NCBI GenBank assembly: GCA_002269645.1 | Contig: NIVC01000278.1 | Span: forward strand, 248,001 to 312,000 | Reading direction: 5' to 3' | DNA from: Macrostomum lignano | Lineage: Eukaryota | DNA: 64,000 bases | Shown: one piece after another, positions 25,925 to 39,435 of the stretch | How the letters are laid out: every line of letters begins with the position of its first letter | How positions within the stretch are numbered: position 1 is the stretch's first letter | Notes under the pieces: generated by a model | Told to the model about the DNA's origin: nothing | The model's database searches: none | The model's input: the letters and a program-made list of their open reading frames with translations, nothing else | Position numbers and translations under genes: made by a program

Positions 25925-28900
25925 ATGATGTCAGCCGCAGCTATTCAACAGCATCAGCAGCCGGCGCCGAAGGGACCACCGCCACCCGCGCAGCCCCTGA
26001 GACAGTCCTCTTTGCATGCTGTGGCAAGTCGAGTGCCGGTAACATCCCTGAGCATCGGCACCTCCGCGCCAGCGGATTCGGCAGACCGACGTCGACAGCA
26101 GCATCAGCAGTATCAACAGCGGGCACATCGTCAGAGCAATCAGGCGGCCACCTCCGAGATGTTCGTGCCTCGAGTCCGCCTAGCCGAAGACTCCGTCAAT
26201 CCCCGCGTGCTGGGTGCCGTATCAGCCGATTTAAAATTCGACGAGAGCGTCGTCAAGGAGCGCTGCTCGCACACGCTGCCGTACTCGGACGCGCTGTTTG
26301 CTGATGTGTACTCGCCTGGCTCGGTACTGCCGCACCGGCGGGCCGCCCGAGCCGAGCAGCAGCAGCAGCACTTCGGCCTGCGCTGCGGTCACAAAGGTCC
26401 GAACTTCCGCTGGCCTCAGCTCCGACAGAAAGAGAAAGAGGGCCGTCGACTTGAACCCCTGACTGCGCCAGCGCAGCGTGCTTCGACAGGGTGAGTGTTA
26501 TCTCAGCATCATGCTCAGAAAGTACGCTCTGTCCTAAATTCATAATCATGAACTTTATGCTGACGTTCTCTATCGAACTCCACCCCTTAAATTCCAGTTT
26601 TCCTATATAGCGATCGTATTTAAGATTTATAACATGTAGATCAAAAAACTATTAAAACATACTCTTAGCTCTCCCTCTTAAATACTCCCTCTCCAAATCC
26701 CAATTCCGAATCATTCCGCAATATTCCTTGAAAATCCCATCCTGAATGGCTGAGTCATACTTAGAATGCTGTTACCCTACTGGGACAGCCTATTGGAGCT
26801 GTGCAACCAGCTGGGTGGGGGAGGGACAGGGGACAGGAAGCCAACGGACAGTCGCGTCACCCTCACTCCACCGGCCAGCCAATCACAAGCCGCCGCCGGT
26901 GGGGGATGGGGCAGAGAAGAAAACCAATTGGGGGGACCAAGCCTGACCCACCCAACCAACCAGAGCGAAGGGAGGGAGAGAGAAACACCTGGCTAGCACA
27001 AAACTACTATTCCTCAAGAATCCTCTCTTTTTATCGCAGACTTCTTGTTCCATATAGAAGCCATGTGATTTGATAAATTCATTTTATAATCCTGACCAGT
27101 CGTGTTTGAACAACGTATAAGCAAGGTTATCTAATAAAATTTTGTTCAAAAAAATTCTGTCAAATGCAGATCCCCAGCCAATCAGCAGCAGCAACAGCAG
27201 CAACAAACTCAGAAGAGCTCCTCAGGCGGAATTTTCCTCACCGAAGGCGTTCCAGCGGTGGCTGACAGTCGAGCGACAACAGCGACGAAGGCGGCCACCG
27301 AGGCAGCTGACTGCTCCGGCAGGGTGTCCGGAATGGACACCGCAGGCTACGATTGGGACGATTACGTGCTGCGTCAACTGCATCCCAACACGGCCGCTTA
27401 TGTTGCTAGGGAAGCGGTGCACAATCCGGTGGATAGGAGGGCCTACGTTGATCGATTGAAGCGATGGTGAGTTGGCTGCCAAAATTATGTGCCTCTAAGA
27501 TTGGAAAGAATAGTTGCACGTTCCGGCGGGGTCCATGGGCATCTAAAAATGCCTTAGGATTGGAAGGTATTTTGTATCTACATGTACATAATACATGGAC
27601 ACTTTCAAAGCACGTGTCCTACAAGTTTGAGTCCTGCAGCTCAATGGGAAAACGATTCCGACTGTGACACCGCGATCCTTGATTCGATTCCCCATGCTAG
27701 TAACTTCTAGTGGTCCTTGGTTCCACTAGGGTGGCTGTGCTTGTGAAATTTCGAGCTTGTGAATTTCTGATCGAACTTATCATGCACTACAGTTTACTTG
27801 CCTTCTACGAAGCGACGAGAGCAATTCTCGATAAAACACACTGATATCACTAAAGCAAATTAATCAAATCATCGTCATGATTCTATATCAATCCTCACCA
27901 ACAGGTACGGGCAGGCGCCACCTGACCTAGTTGACCTCGTGCCCGACCGTCCGGACCTCACCGAGTACCCACCGGTACCGTCGCCTGATCACTATCTGCT
28001 GGAGGCCACAGCTGACGAGGCCAGACGCAAGCTGCGACGCAATTCCAACGCTTTTCGTTTGTCTTCGCCGTTCCTGCGCCTGCTGGATGACGAGAGAAGC
28101 AGGGAGGCGGCTGGCGAGGCGGTCGCGGACACGGATCCTTATGGAGAAGCTAACCGGGCTGCGTTCTACCGACTGCCGTTGGGATCCAGGAAGCGGGTCA
28201 AAGAGGATCAGGCTGTTAGCGATGGTGAGCATGTGAAATGATCTTTATACCGTATGTTTCTGCTTTTATGGTTTAACAAGCTCAATTCTAATCTTCTCTC
28301 AATATCAGAAAATTTGTGCGATAGGTTTAGGAAAGCCTTGAGCTCCTGCACAGAAGTTACGATTGTACCGCAGCGATCATCTGAACTTCAGTTGGCTGTC
28401 ACCGATTTGCAAGAGATTGATTTAGAAAATTGATAAGCTGCTGCATCCCCAAAATGCAGCCCTCACCCTCCATGTTGGTTATCAATTGCAATCCAAAATC
28501 TGAAGTCATACTCATGCTCATCTCTCCTCTCTTCTCTTTCTTCTCTCCTCTCTTTTCTCTTCGCTCAACTATTCTCTCTTCCTCTCTTCTCTCTTCGCTC
28601 TCATCTCTTCTCTCCTCTCCTCTCTCTTCTCTCATCTCTACTCTCTTATGTATCGTCTCCTCTCTTCTCTCTCCTCTCTCCTCTCCCTCTCTTCTCTCTC
28701 TCTCTTCTCTCTCCTCTCTTCTCTTCTCTCTACTCCCTCTTCTCTCTTCGCTCTCATCTCTTCTCTCCTCTCCCTCTCTTTTCTCTCATTTCATCTCTCC
28801 TCTCTTCTCTCTCCTCTCTTCTCTCTCCTCTCTTCTCTCTCCTCTCTTCTCTCTCCTCTCTTCTCTCTCCTCTCTTCTCTTCTCTCTACTCCCTCTTCTC

Positions 28901-29951
28901 TCTTCTCTTCTCTCTCATCTCTTATTGTTGTAACCCGGGTCGGCTTGGGTGCCCAGTCCCGAGTACAATATATATTATATGTGATATAACAGGCGTTGTG
29001 ACGCTCTGTCTGTACTTTTATGAATACGACGAGCAGGCGTGACGACGCTCTGCGATAATAATTCGATCCCTCTGGTGTTGTGACACTCAGAGTTCACGCT
29101 GCGGCTCGAGGTGTGGTGACACTCTCGAGTGCTTCTATTCTCTATACCGTAGGGTGTACGCAATATATATGGTAAACGGTACAGTACTACAGAAGCTATA
29201 TGGTCTCCCGGCGTTATGACGCTCTGGCAAGAATTCGGCCTAGCAAGCTTCCCGAAAAGAAAGGACTCAAACAGCAGGCGGCTTACCAGTGGCCAAATGA
29301 CTGTTCACCGTTTATTATTCGTAGGTCTCAAGCGCAGTTTCCGACTTCTTCTTAATTCTCAAAGACTCTTCTCAATTAGGCTATTGTGTTTCTTTTATCG
29401 AAGTAGCTAATGTTGCTGTTTCTTTTATCGAAGTAGCTAATGTTGCTGTTTCTTTTATCAGGTCTCGCGCTTGCACTCTCGGAGCACACCAAAACACAAA
29501 AAAGCACGCAGGGAGTGGGCAAGAGCCAGAGTCGCACCATAAATAGCACCCAAACCCTGGGGCAGACGGCCCCACCGGCTAAGCTCACCAAAACAAACCA
29601 CGCCGGCCCAGCCAATCAAAACCCCGCCTAAGGGGGAGGGACTGCACCCGCGCCAAAGCTGGCCCGGCCGCAGCCAACCAGCCCTGAGCACGGGGCAGGG
29701 GCACGGCTGGGGAGGGCACGCGCAAAACCCGGCCGGCGGCCAGACCCTGCCACGCCCGCCAACCCCCCCCCCAACCAGCCCCAAAGTGCAACGCGCCCTG
29801 CCAACTGACAACTCTCTCCTCTCTTCTCTTCTCTCTACTCCCTCTTCTCTCTTCGCTCTCATCTCTTCTCTCCTCTCCCTCTCTTTTCTCTCATTTCATC
29901 TCTCCTCTCTTCTCTCTCTCTCTTCTCTCTCCTCTCTTCTCTCTCCTCTCT

Positions 29952-29995
<44 letters not shown>

Positions 29996-32900
29996 CTCTC
30001 TTCTCTCTCTCTCTTCTCTTCTCTCTACTCCCTCTTCTCTCTTCTCTTCTCTCTCATCTCTTATCTTAATTTCCTCTCTCTATTCTCTCATCTTTACTCT
30101 CCTCTTTGTTTTCTCTCATTTCATCTCTCCTCTCCTCTCTCGTTTCTCCTCTCTCCTTTCTCCTTTCTCGTCTCTTGTCTTCTTTCCTCTCTCTCTTCCC
30201 TCATCTCTACTCTCTCCTCTCTTCTCTCTCCTCTCCTCTCTTCTTTCCTAAAGCCCCTGGTTGCAAAGCCCCTTGTAAAGCCCCAAGTCCATAGCGTTGC
30301 ATGTTGTTTTAGGGAATATATTTTAAATCAGGCGCATCATGAAGCGACTTAGTAACCAACAATGGTCTTCAGTGTAGATCATAGATGTTCGGCTCTCTCG
30401 ATGATGTGAAATGTTGAGTTTATAAAACGCTCCCATCCCCGCAGACCACGGCAACAGCACGGCAGCCGCCATCAGTTCTGAATTGCCAGCAAAGTCGCCT
30501 CTGCCGCAGCTAAAAGACTCGATGAATCCTCGAGTCGGTGACAAATGCTACACTACCGACAATGACTATGAGAGGGAGCGGCTGTCTGGAGTGAAGCTGG
30601 TGCACCAGCCAGGCAACCAGAAGGAGCTGCTACTGCAGAACTACAATCGCTACACCCTGCAGTTGGCTCAACAGGTTCCAGACGAACAGGGCGATGGTGC
30701 CAAACCGAAACGAGGCATGAGAAAGTGGATTGGACTACCTTTGGCGCAGGATGTAAGTCTAAGTGATCCTAGTTAAATGCATTAAAAATCATCACTGAAT
30801 TCAAGTTGTTTAGACTAGAGACAGCGTTCAGACAGACGGACAGACAGAAACAATAGATAGATAGAGCCGATATGTATCGAAAAGTAACTTTACTATAAAA
30901 GTTGAATTGCAGTTCGCGCATTTTAACATTCACGCACCATAGCAACTGAATATTCGCACCTGGACTAAATAAATCATTTTATTGCAGCAATTGAATTAAC
31001 ATTTATTCTTGATAGAAACTAATTTTTTGCACGTACCTTTTTAATCTCGCGTTAAATGTTAAATTAACAATATTTATAGCCTTACTTACAGTTGCATGCG
31101 TTAGTAGTATCAATAGTATTACTTTAATAAATGCAATGGCGCTTAAAAATGAAATCATCTTGTAATATACGAGCGTATGAATGCTTAACACCATCAATGA
31201 AAATTATGATTTTCAGGACAATCAAATTAAAGGTTCCAGAGGAAAGGTAATTAGCTGTAATTGTCGCTGTGTTTTGTCACAATTAAGCTCGACCTTGCAC
31301 ATATAAAGTAATAGTTAAATGGATTATGTTCATGTATAAAAAGGTTCTACGATATTGCTGTACCTGTAAAATTTGATGCTCATCTTGGCTATAGCTAACT
31401 AATAAAACTGAACCTCACCTTGTGTTGATTGACCTATTTTATAAGTAACCATAAAATCATTTTATAATGAATTTGTGTTTTTAACTTATGAAAATGGCTG
31501 CTGGAAATACAGTTCAAACTCAGAGGTAAACCAAGCATTATTAAGCACCGATGAATGTAAGTTGATTAGTGTGAAGCAAACTAATAACTTAAAAACGTAT
31601 GAATCTGAAAATATGTCTACAAGTGGTGTCTTCCATATCAGTATTTGTGCTTAGCTAATTATATTTTGCAAGAACTCGTATTAAATATTTGTGGATTTCG
31701 GTTTGTGTCAAGTCGATGCTTCGTAAACTATTTTCGTTTATTAAGTTTATACCTTTCAATAATGGCGTTGTAATTCTTTACCCAGCTATACATATACTTG
31801 TGTATATCCTATATTTCAGCCTACTCAGCACCTGAACAAGCTGGGAAGCGAGGAAGAGGACTATGAGGAACAGCGCAGACGGCTAGAGAGCAGCAAGCGA
31901 AAGCGAAATGACGAACATCTGCACAATGTTGGTGAGTCTTTTTTGCATTGAAAACATTTGCTAATTCTTTTTTTCAATAATAAAGAGCTCCAGTTAATAA
32001 TAACCATTGCGTCTACTGTCAGTAGATGAAACAGCGTTTTTGCTATTTCTATTCTTCTTGCCTCGAAAGGATGTGAATCCACTGCAATGCTACTCGAACA
32101 AAATAATTAAGCCATTCGAGCAAAACTGCGATTTTTCAGACGAAACAGACGACAGGCCAAAATCGCCTGTGGGAATTCGTGAGATCTCATAAAAATCAAA
32201 TTTATTCGCTTTGCTTTTATCAATTTTATATATCCCTAGATCCATCCCTGTAGCATTACCTGATATTTATTCGCTGCTGAATGCTTGGCCAATGATCTCG
32301 GAAGATGTAAACCTTTTTTAACTTTCTAGAATGCTTGTTAACATATCTAGTAAAGAAGAGCATATCAAATCGAAATTTCAATTTGAATTTCCACGAGATG
32401 TTTCATTGTAGAGGTTTTGAATGGCAAACGATTTAAATACTAATGTATTTGGGGCATGCTTTCATGCATACAACACCTAGACTATTGACTATCGCTGTCA
32501 AGCCGTTATTATTTTACTTTTTTATAGGTTAATAATAAGTTTTGCTAATTTTGTATGAGATTTCGTCAGACTTTAATTAAAATTTGATTTTCGTAGCTAA
32601 ATGCATATTTATTGTCTATTTATTTAAGTTTTGGTACTTGTTGCGCAATTAGTTCTACTCATGTACCTAAGGTAAGTAGTATAAAGTTAGGTTGTGTGTC
32701 CTACTACTGAAGTAGCTTTGTTTCAGAGGTTATAAGTGATTTGGAACTTCATTAAAAAGTTTTAAAACACAAAAAGCTTAATTCTTGAATTAACTAAATT
32801 AAATTGTATAAATTTTATACAATAATAAACGCCTGAAATGTTTCTTTTAGTGCTGTTACGAAAACGAGGTTTTTAGTAGGCACAACCACAGCTTAGTATT

Positions 32901-35900
32901 ATATACAAAGGCTTTTCACCCACAATCAGTAACTCTGGTTTCTCTTCATTCCACGATTAAATCTTTCGCCTTTTACTAAAGATTTCCGTGGAGAGGAACA
33001 TTCAATGAGTGTTCCATGATTTGTGAAACCCTCTTCCAAGAAGAGGGTACTAATCAATTAAAAAATAAATCCACTTGTAAAATGCCACACCGCCTTCATC
33101 CATTTTTATTAAAACGAGGTGCCGTAGTAAAGTTCCAAGGAACTCTACCGCAATATTACTGTTTTATTTGATCGAAAGAATATTTAGTACAGATTTCGAC
33201 GGTAATATTTATATTTATGTCGAAATAAAAATAAATAAAACTATTTTTCAATATTTTGCAGCATTTTGCACGCATTTGGGGATAAAAAAGAGGGGAGAGA
33301 AATCCCGCACAAAGAAGGAATCTCATAAAAAATAGGTAATCTAAGAAAATACGTGCAAGAATATTTGAAGGCCTATTGAAATAAAAAGAGAGGCAATTTA
33401 GTAAAAACAGTATGAATAGTAAAGGTGTAAAAAAGCAATTAGGAATATTTGTAAAACAGTTAGGTAAAAGCACAGTTGGAAAAAAGTGTAGAAATAAGCA
33501 ATGAGGAGATCAGAAATTAGCTAGACAGTCAGTCCTAGTGACTGATCAACCGATCTCTGTCTCAGGCATCGAGCTTAGTTTTATTTAGTGCATCTCAGCG
33601 TGTAGTCACTTCAGGTCTGGGAGTCTGCTGGCCAGCCTAACCCTAGGGTGGGAATCCCCTGTTTCTTTCTCGACGCCTCATAGCATCCCAGAGGGCATTG
33701 AGGATGGGGGTTCGACCCGAAGCTCGAGGGGCTTCCGGCTCAATGTGGAAGCTGTGGAGCATGGCTGCCCTCAACTTGAGCAGCCAAGCCACCCCCAGCT
33801 GCTCCATCCTGTACTCTCCTTTAGGTGTACAATGTAACTTCTTTAGCCACTTACGATCTTAGTGTGGTCTAAACTTTTTGAATATTCGGAATGGAACATG
33901 ACTCAGTTCAGTCAAAAGCAGAATAAATTGTCCACAATTGAATTCTCATAACTTTCAACATTTCAAATGGTGCAGGACTACAGTATAAGTAGTATGATGC
34001 AGAAAGCGAACCAACCAGGTGCAAATCAATGTTTCTCTCCAATTGCACTCGCAGTGGACGAATGGCGCCGCAAATGGCATTTGAACAGTCGCTACGGCGA
34101 CTGCACCGTGGAGGACCTTCTGCGCGACATGGCCGACGTTCATCCGACAATCCGACTGCAGGCGGTGCTCACCTGCGCCCACGCCCAGCGATACGTGGCC
34201 GAAGCCGATGACGCGATTCATTTCGACGAGTCAGCTGAGTCAGCCACCTCCAGTCAGCTGCCGCAGTCGTTGATGACTGCCCTGGAGCTGCTGCTGGACG
34301 ATCAGCATGCGCAGGTGAGAGCCTGGGAGATGCACTTTATTAAGCGACATTGTCACACAACTGGCGAGAGGCACCACTGCCATTCCGCCGACTCCCCTTA
34401 GGCAGGCAATTTATCGTTAGGCATGTACACTTCGCTGTTCCTTAGGGGTTGGCCCTCAAGGATGTTAATTGCACGAACCCCCGTGACTAAATATAATACG
34501 CTCGATCGTATGGTGCTCAGAAACTAATGCTCTTATAAAACTAGAGAATTAATTTACTTAAAGTAAAAATGAGACCATGTTCACGAATAGATTTGAAATT
34601 TAGTATATGTAGACTAGCAGTCCAGACCCCCTTCGGGTAGTCAACTATTCTAGATAATTGATGAATAAAAATCTGTCACAAACATTACATTTTAGCTATA
34701 GTTTCTTATGTCTAACACTCTCCCTTATCTTTTGTGTGTAAGATGAAAAACTGCAGTCTAACGCTCGTACCCTATAGTTTGTCAAAATTGGGTTTATAGA
34801 AAAGAGTTGCCTAACAGACACAAGCATGATTGGCAGGTACTCAGCGACAGTAACTGTCCCATCTAAGTTCTATAGGCCCGTGAAACTTTAATTTTTAACA
34901 GACAATATAGCGATGATAATTAAGATGAGTGTCAAAGCACCGTAGTAAGGTTTAGGTTCGTCTTAATTGACAGCCTACAGTACAATTAGTGGCTATCATT
35001 CCTCCTAACAGTCGAGTATTAAAAAATCATACCTGCCCAGGTGCGGCACGCCGCCGCAATCTGCCTGTACCAGACCAACAAGCCCACGCCGCGAGCCGAG
35101 GCCCTCCTACGCGACTGCCTCGTGAACGGCAGCGGCGACGATCGCTGGGCCGCCGTCCAGTGTCTCGCCGGTCAGGGCGATTTTGACAGCGACGTCATTG
35201 GGGCGCTGGTGCACGAGCTCATGACTAATGAGGACACGCTGCGACATCACGTGACCACCCAGCTGCTGGCCAGCCTGAGTCAGCACACGCCACTGGTGCA
35301 CGGCCTGCTGGCTGAACAGCTCAACAGTCCGAGCTGGCGTCGCAGGGTGATCGTCTGCAAGACTCTGCCTACTCTGAATGGTTCGCTTAATCGCGACCTG
35401 GCTCAGAAGCTGAGCCACCTGATGTGGAACGATTCGCATAAGGCGGTGAGGAATTTGGGGAAATTGAATGAACTGGACTCGAACTAAATAGGACCCCAAA
35501 TGACTTTTGAAGATCAAAAGCATCCGTGATCTTCAGAAGCCAATTTTTTATTGTCAATTTAAAGCCGAACCCTTTCTATGACCACCAAATTGAAGCCGAA
35601 CACTCTCTGAGAAAGTTGAATAAAAGTACATACGGGCTGAGAAACCTTACTATTTACTTCATATGACTAGGAAAAACTATTTAACAAATAATCACGTTGA
35701 TGTTGATGGTCACTTCAAGGGCCTATAGATTACAGAAAAGCAGACAACGCCTTTACAATGCCAGTCCGACCAATTTCGCTCAGGTACGTCGCTCGGCGGC
35801 CAAAGCTCTCGGCCAGACAGGACACGGAAAAGACGTCCACGACGATATTCTTCGTCGACTTCGCGAATCCGGCGAACGAATCCGCGCCGATGCTGTTGAG

Positions 35901-38900
35901 AAGCTCGGCCTGCTCGGCGTGATGACCGGACGACTGATGTCGGCCTTCCTGGCCTGCTTCGACGACCAGTACGCCTCCGTCCGTATCGCCGCCTGCGTTG
36001 CCTGCAGCCGTCTGCGCATCCGGGACGAGCAGTGCGTGCGAGGCCTGCTCCGACTGGCCGCTCACGACCCCTGGTGGAAGGTGAAAGCTAGAGCAATCCA
36101 GGTGAGTTTGCACAGGTGTTCTTGTAAGCATCCTGACGCAACGCCTTCGGCCACATCGTCTCGCAACCAGCGTTGACGGAAACTGCGTCACATAATGCGG
36201 CTGCTCACAGAATCGAAGCAGGGGTCGTGACGTGTTTATCATTGAGCTGCCCTGCCACCCTCCCTCCAAGTTTAGGCCATTAGGTTTCGTTAGCAAAATA
36301 GTTTCTAGGGATGGATGTGAACTTAAAGTAAAAATCTAAAAGCTCTCGTTATGTCTAAAACCCGACCATTTTAGCATTTTGGGGATTTCTATGAGTAGAA
36401 ATGGTTGTGAGGGAGATTAGAAACTTCGACCATTATATCTAAAAACGTCAGGTTAGCCTCCATTTCGTCGAGGTAGAAATCGTCTGTCTATAAAACGTTT
36501 GATACAAACCCCCCCCCCCGACGCTATTTGTCTCACATCCCCTTACGCCCATGTACACGGATGTGTAACGCAGTCGGTCCAACTCCAAAGTCTCATTAAT
36601 ACTCTGAAGGGGATTGTGATACAATGTTGTCGAAATTAGTGCAGGGCGTCCATCCACTTGTATTCTACACGTACTTTCCTTAAGAAGAAGAGATTATATT
36701 GACGTCCAATTAGAAATCGAGTGCATGCAAAAATTGTTCCACAACTTGCAGGCCATCGGTCTCATCGGCTTGGTCAGCACCGACGTCGCAGAGACGCTGC
36801 TGTGGGCAGCCCGGTTCGAGCCAGAGGAGCGAGTCCGGGCCACCGCCGTCCGCACCATCGCCCTGCAGCTGCGGTTGCGGGACGAACCAGCCAAACAGGC
36901 GCTGCGCGACCGCCTCCTAGTGGAGAAGTCGCCGCTAGTGCTCGAGCAGCTCCGGCTCGGCCTACAAGCGATGGGCCTGTCGCCGACTGCCGACGGCGAT
37001 ACGGTCGCCCAGATTAAAGAGGCCGTTCGTAAGCTGGACGAGAAAGGTCGAATCTGTCGCGAGGTGATGGAAGCCGAGCGTGCTGAGGAATTTTCCGATT
37101 TGCACCAGCGAATGATTCCGAAATCGCCCAGTCCACTGCCGCCGATTCAGCAGCAGGAGCAGCAGACGGAGGCTGAGCCCACCGAGGCTCCTTCAAGTAC
37201 GGTGCAGTTCAGCCGCGAGCTGCTGGATGACAGCCAGGATAGGGACATCACTGAGGAGCAGGACGATGACGCAGAGGAGGAAGAAGAAGAAGAGAGCGAC
37301 TTTGACGAAGATGAGGAAGAGGAACTCGATGGGGAAGCGGAGGAAGAGGAGGACTTGGAGCGGGGTGCCGAGGGCCGTCTCTCGCTGATCCCGGAGGACT
37401 CGGAATTGTCGCCGGCCGACTTTGCTTCGCGACCGGCCACCTCTCAGGTGACGTCGAAGTCGAAACGATCGTCACTGCTGGCAACGCCGGCTGCCACACC
37501 TGGGTGAGTGCGGTAGGGGATATTAGCATGGTAAGCACAGGTTAGAAAGTTACAAGTCTGTCTGTTTACCATAGCGTCCGTGCTTTGATTGCAACGGTTG
37601 TTTTCTTAAAATCGGGTGCTGCCTGTATTACAATGGGTGTTGCCATCACTTTGTGTTACCATAGCAACGAGTTTTCTCATAGCTTTCTGTGTTACGATAG
37701 CTACGAGTCCTCTCATAGCTTTCTGTGTTATCATAGCAACGAGTGTTCTCTTATCAACGAGCGTTACCCTAGCAACGAGTGGTCTCTTAGCAACGAGTCT
37801 TACCATAGCAACGAGTGTTCTCTTAGCAACGAGCGTTACCATAGCAACGAGCGTTACCCTAGCAACGAGTGGTCTCTTAGCAACGAGTCTTACCCTAGCA
37901 ACGAGTCTTACCCTAGCAACGAGTGTTTTCTTAGCGCCGGGTGTTACCATAGCAACGAGTATTGCTATAGCCGCGGTTGCTTCCGATTCGCCATTCTCCG
38001 CAGCCGTCGCCACTCGCCCTCCGGCTCGGATGCTGGCGGCGGCTCCATCTCGCTTCGCGACGAAATCGAGCAGTCAGCTCGGCGCCACCGATCCGCCTCG
38101 GCCGACGACGAAGCCGCCAAGTCGGCGCGCTCCAAGCTGTCGCTGCCGGCCGAGGCGCTCAAGGATCAGCGGGCGCGCTGGGCCGGTCAGGAGATTGGCG
38201 AACAGCGGGCCGCGGAGCTGGAGGGCTTCCTGCAGCCGGAGAGGCGTGACGAAATCGACAGGGTGGCCGCTGTTCAGGTGAGCAGCCTTGGCTTCAGTGT
38301 GACAACCAGCCCGTGACAGTTGCATGAACCGGTACCACCCCGTACCACCCCAGTACCACCTCAGTACCACCTCAGTACCACCCCAGTACCACCCCAGTAC
38401 CACCCCAGTACCACCCCAGTACCACCCCAGTACCACCTCAGTACCACCTCAGTACCACCTCAGTACCACCCCAGTACCACCCCAGTACCACCCCAGTACC
38501 ACCTCAGTACCACCTCAGTACCACCCCAGTACCACCCCAGTACCACCTCAGTACCACCCCAGTACCACCCCAGTACCACCTCAGTACCACCTCAGTACCA
38601 CCCCAGTACCACCTCAGTACCACCCCAGTACCACCTCAGTACCACCTCAGTACCACCTCAGTACCACCCCAGTACCACCTCAGTACCACCTCAGTACCAC
38701 CTCAGTAGTCAGTACCACCCCAGTGCCACCCCAGTACCACCCCAGTACCACCCCAGTACCACCCCAGTACCACCCCAGTACCACCCCAGTACCACCCCAG
38801 TGCCACCCCAGTGCCACCCCAGTGCCACCCCAGTACCACCCCAGTGCCACCCCAGTACCACCGCAAGTACCTACAGAAACTGCAGAAAACAACATCAAAT

Positions 38901-39049
38901 TCAACAATCAAACAAATGTTCCGCAGGGTCTGGACTTCTCCGGTCAGGAGGCCCAGCTGAGCTACAGAGAATCCAGCGACATGATGCACTCCGTGGCCAA
39001 CGCGCTGGTCAGTCTGGTCATGGACGAAGCGGTGGAGCAGTTGGCGTAG
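25925..39049 (+). CDS. HEATR4: HEAT-repeat protein, HEATR4-like, 12 exons
   Basis: Phase-consistent exons 25925-26490, 27170-27466, 27905-28224, 30445-30752, 31820-31931, 34055-34314, 35041-35445, 35784-36101, 36752-37503, 38004-38277, 38927-39049 (11 read directly; a further small exon is not excluded); HEAT/PBS repeats (LLDDQHAQVRHAAAICL, VRRSAAKALG, DPWWKVKARAIQA), YDWDDYVL motif, acidic tail; symbol assigned from memory. Confidence 0.8.
28510..30250. repeat. CT-rich low-complexity satellite split by the LTR-like insert
   Basis: CT tracts at 28510-28925 and 29811-30250 share duplicated segments. Confidence 0.85.
28929..29810 (-). mobile_element. Solo-LTR-like insertion in HEATR4 intron 3
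   Basis: TGT...ACA termini, GC box, CCAAT and TATTTA-like promoter motifs; interrupts a CT satellite; no clear TSD. Confidence 0.45.
32932..33048 (+). ncRNA. RNU5: U5 spliceosomal snRNA
   Basis: ACTCTGGTTTCTCTTCA...AAATCTTTCGCCTTTTACTAAAGATTTCCGTGGAGAGGAAC (invariant loop I), Sm site ATTTGTG at 33019-33025, 3' hairpin ACCCTCTT/AAGAGGGT. Confidence 0.96.
34331..34393 (-). mobile_element. Fragment of the SINE family seen at 22112
   Basis: Reverse-complement match to about 22245-22305. Confidence 0.6.
37660..37970. repeat. Intronic minisatellite
   Basis: agcaacgagt-based units. Confidence 0.85.
38330..38865. repeat. 11-bp intronic minisatellite
   Basis: (agtaccacccc)n. Confidence 0.95.
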
Positions 39050-39179
39050 AGACCATGGACTACTAAATTCTACATACTGTTACACAAGAACTGTCGATTT
39101 CACTTAATACTGGATTTTGCTGCAAAAATGCATTAGCGAAAGCTTTCAGAGCAATTTTTTATTGCACCTGACCTAATTG

Positions 39180-39435
39180 GGCCAGATGTGCAACCGACAG
39201 CTCAGCCGCAGCTATTGCACGTCGCATCTGAAGGCTGCGTACGGCTGTTCAGTCCAAGGACTTGGGGGGGGGGGTGTAGCCACTCCACACACACCCCTCA
39301 ATTACCCCAGCTAATGCTGGCATCCATGTTACAGCTGGGTGAACTGACGCAATGCTGAGTTAAGTGTCTTGATCAAGGACACAAAAGTTTTCGAGTTAGG
39401 TAGAGAATCGAACCCCCGACCGTTTATGCTCTACT
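39180..39435 (-). mobile_element. SINE with tRNA B-box and CORE/MIR-like central domain
   Basis: GGTTCGATTC followed by TGTGTCCTTGATCAAGACACTTAAC...CAGCTGTAACATGG, resembling the CORE consensus. Confidence 0.55.

Noticed and set aside
26770-27110. Second LTR-like GC-rich insert in HEATR4 intron 1
   Set aside because: Termini weak and no TSD; insufficient support
37585-39066. ORFs 37585-38316 and 38320-39066 as full proteins
   Set aside because: The 5' parts are intronic minisatellites; only 38004-38277 and 38927-39049 are exons
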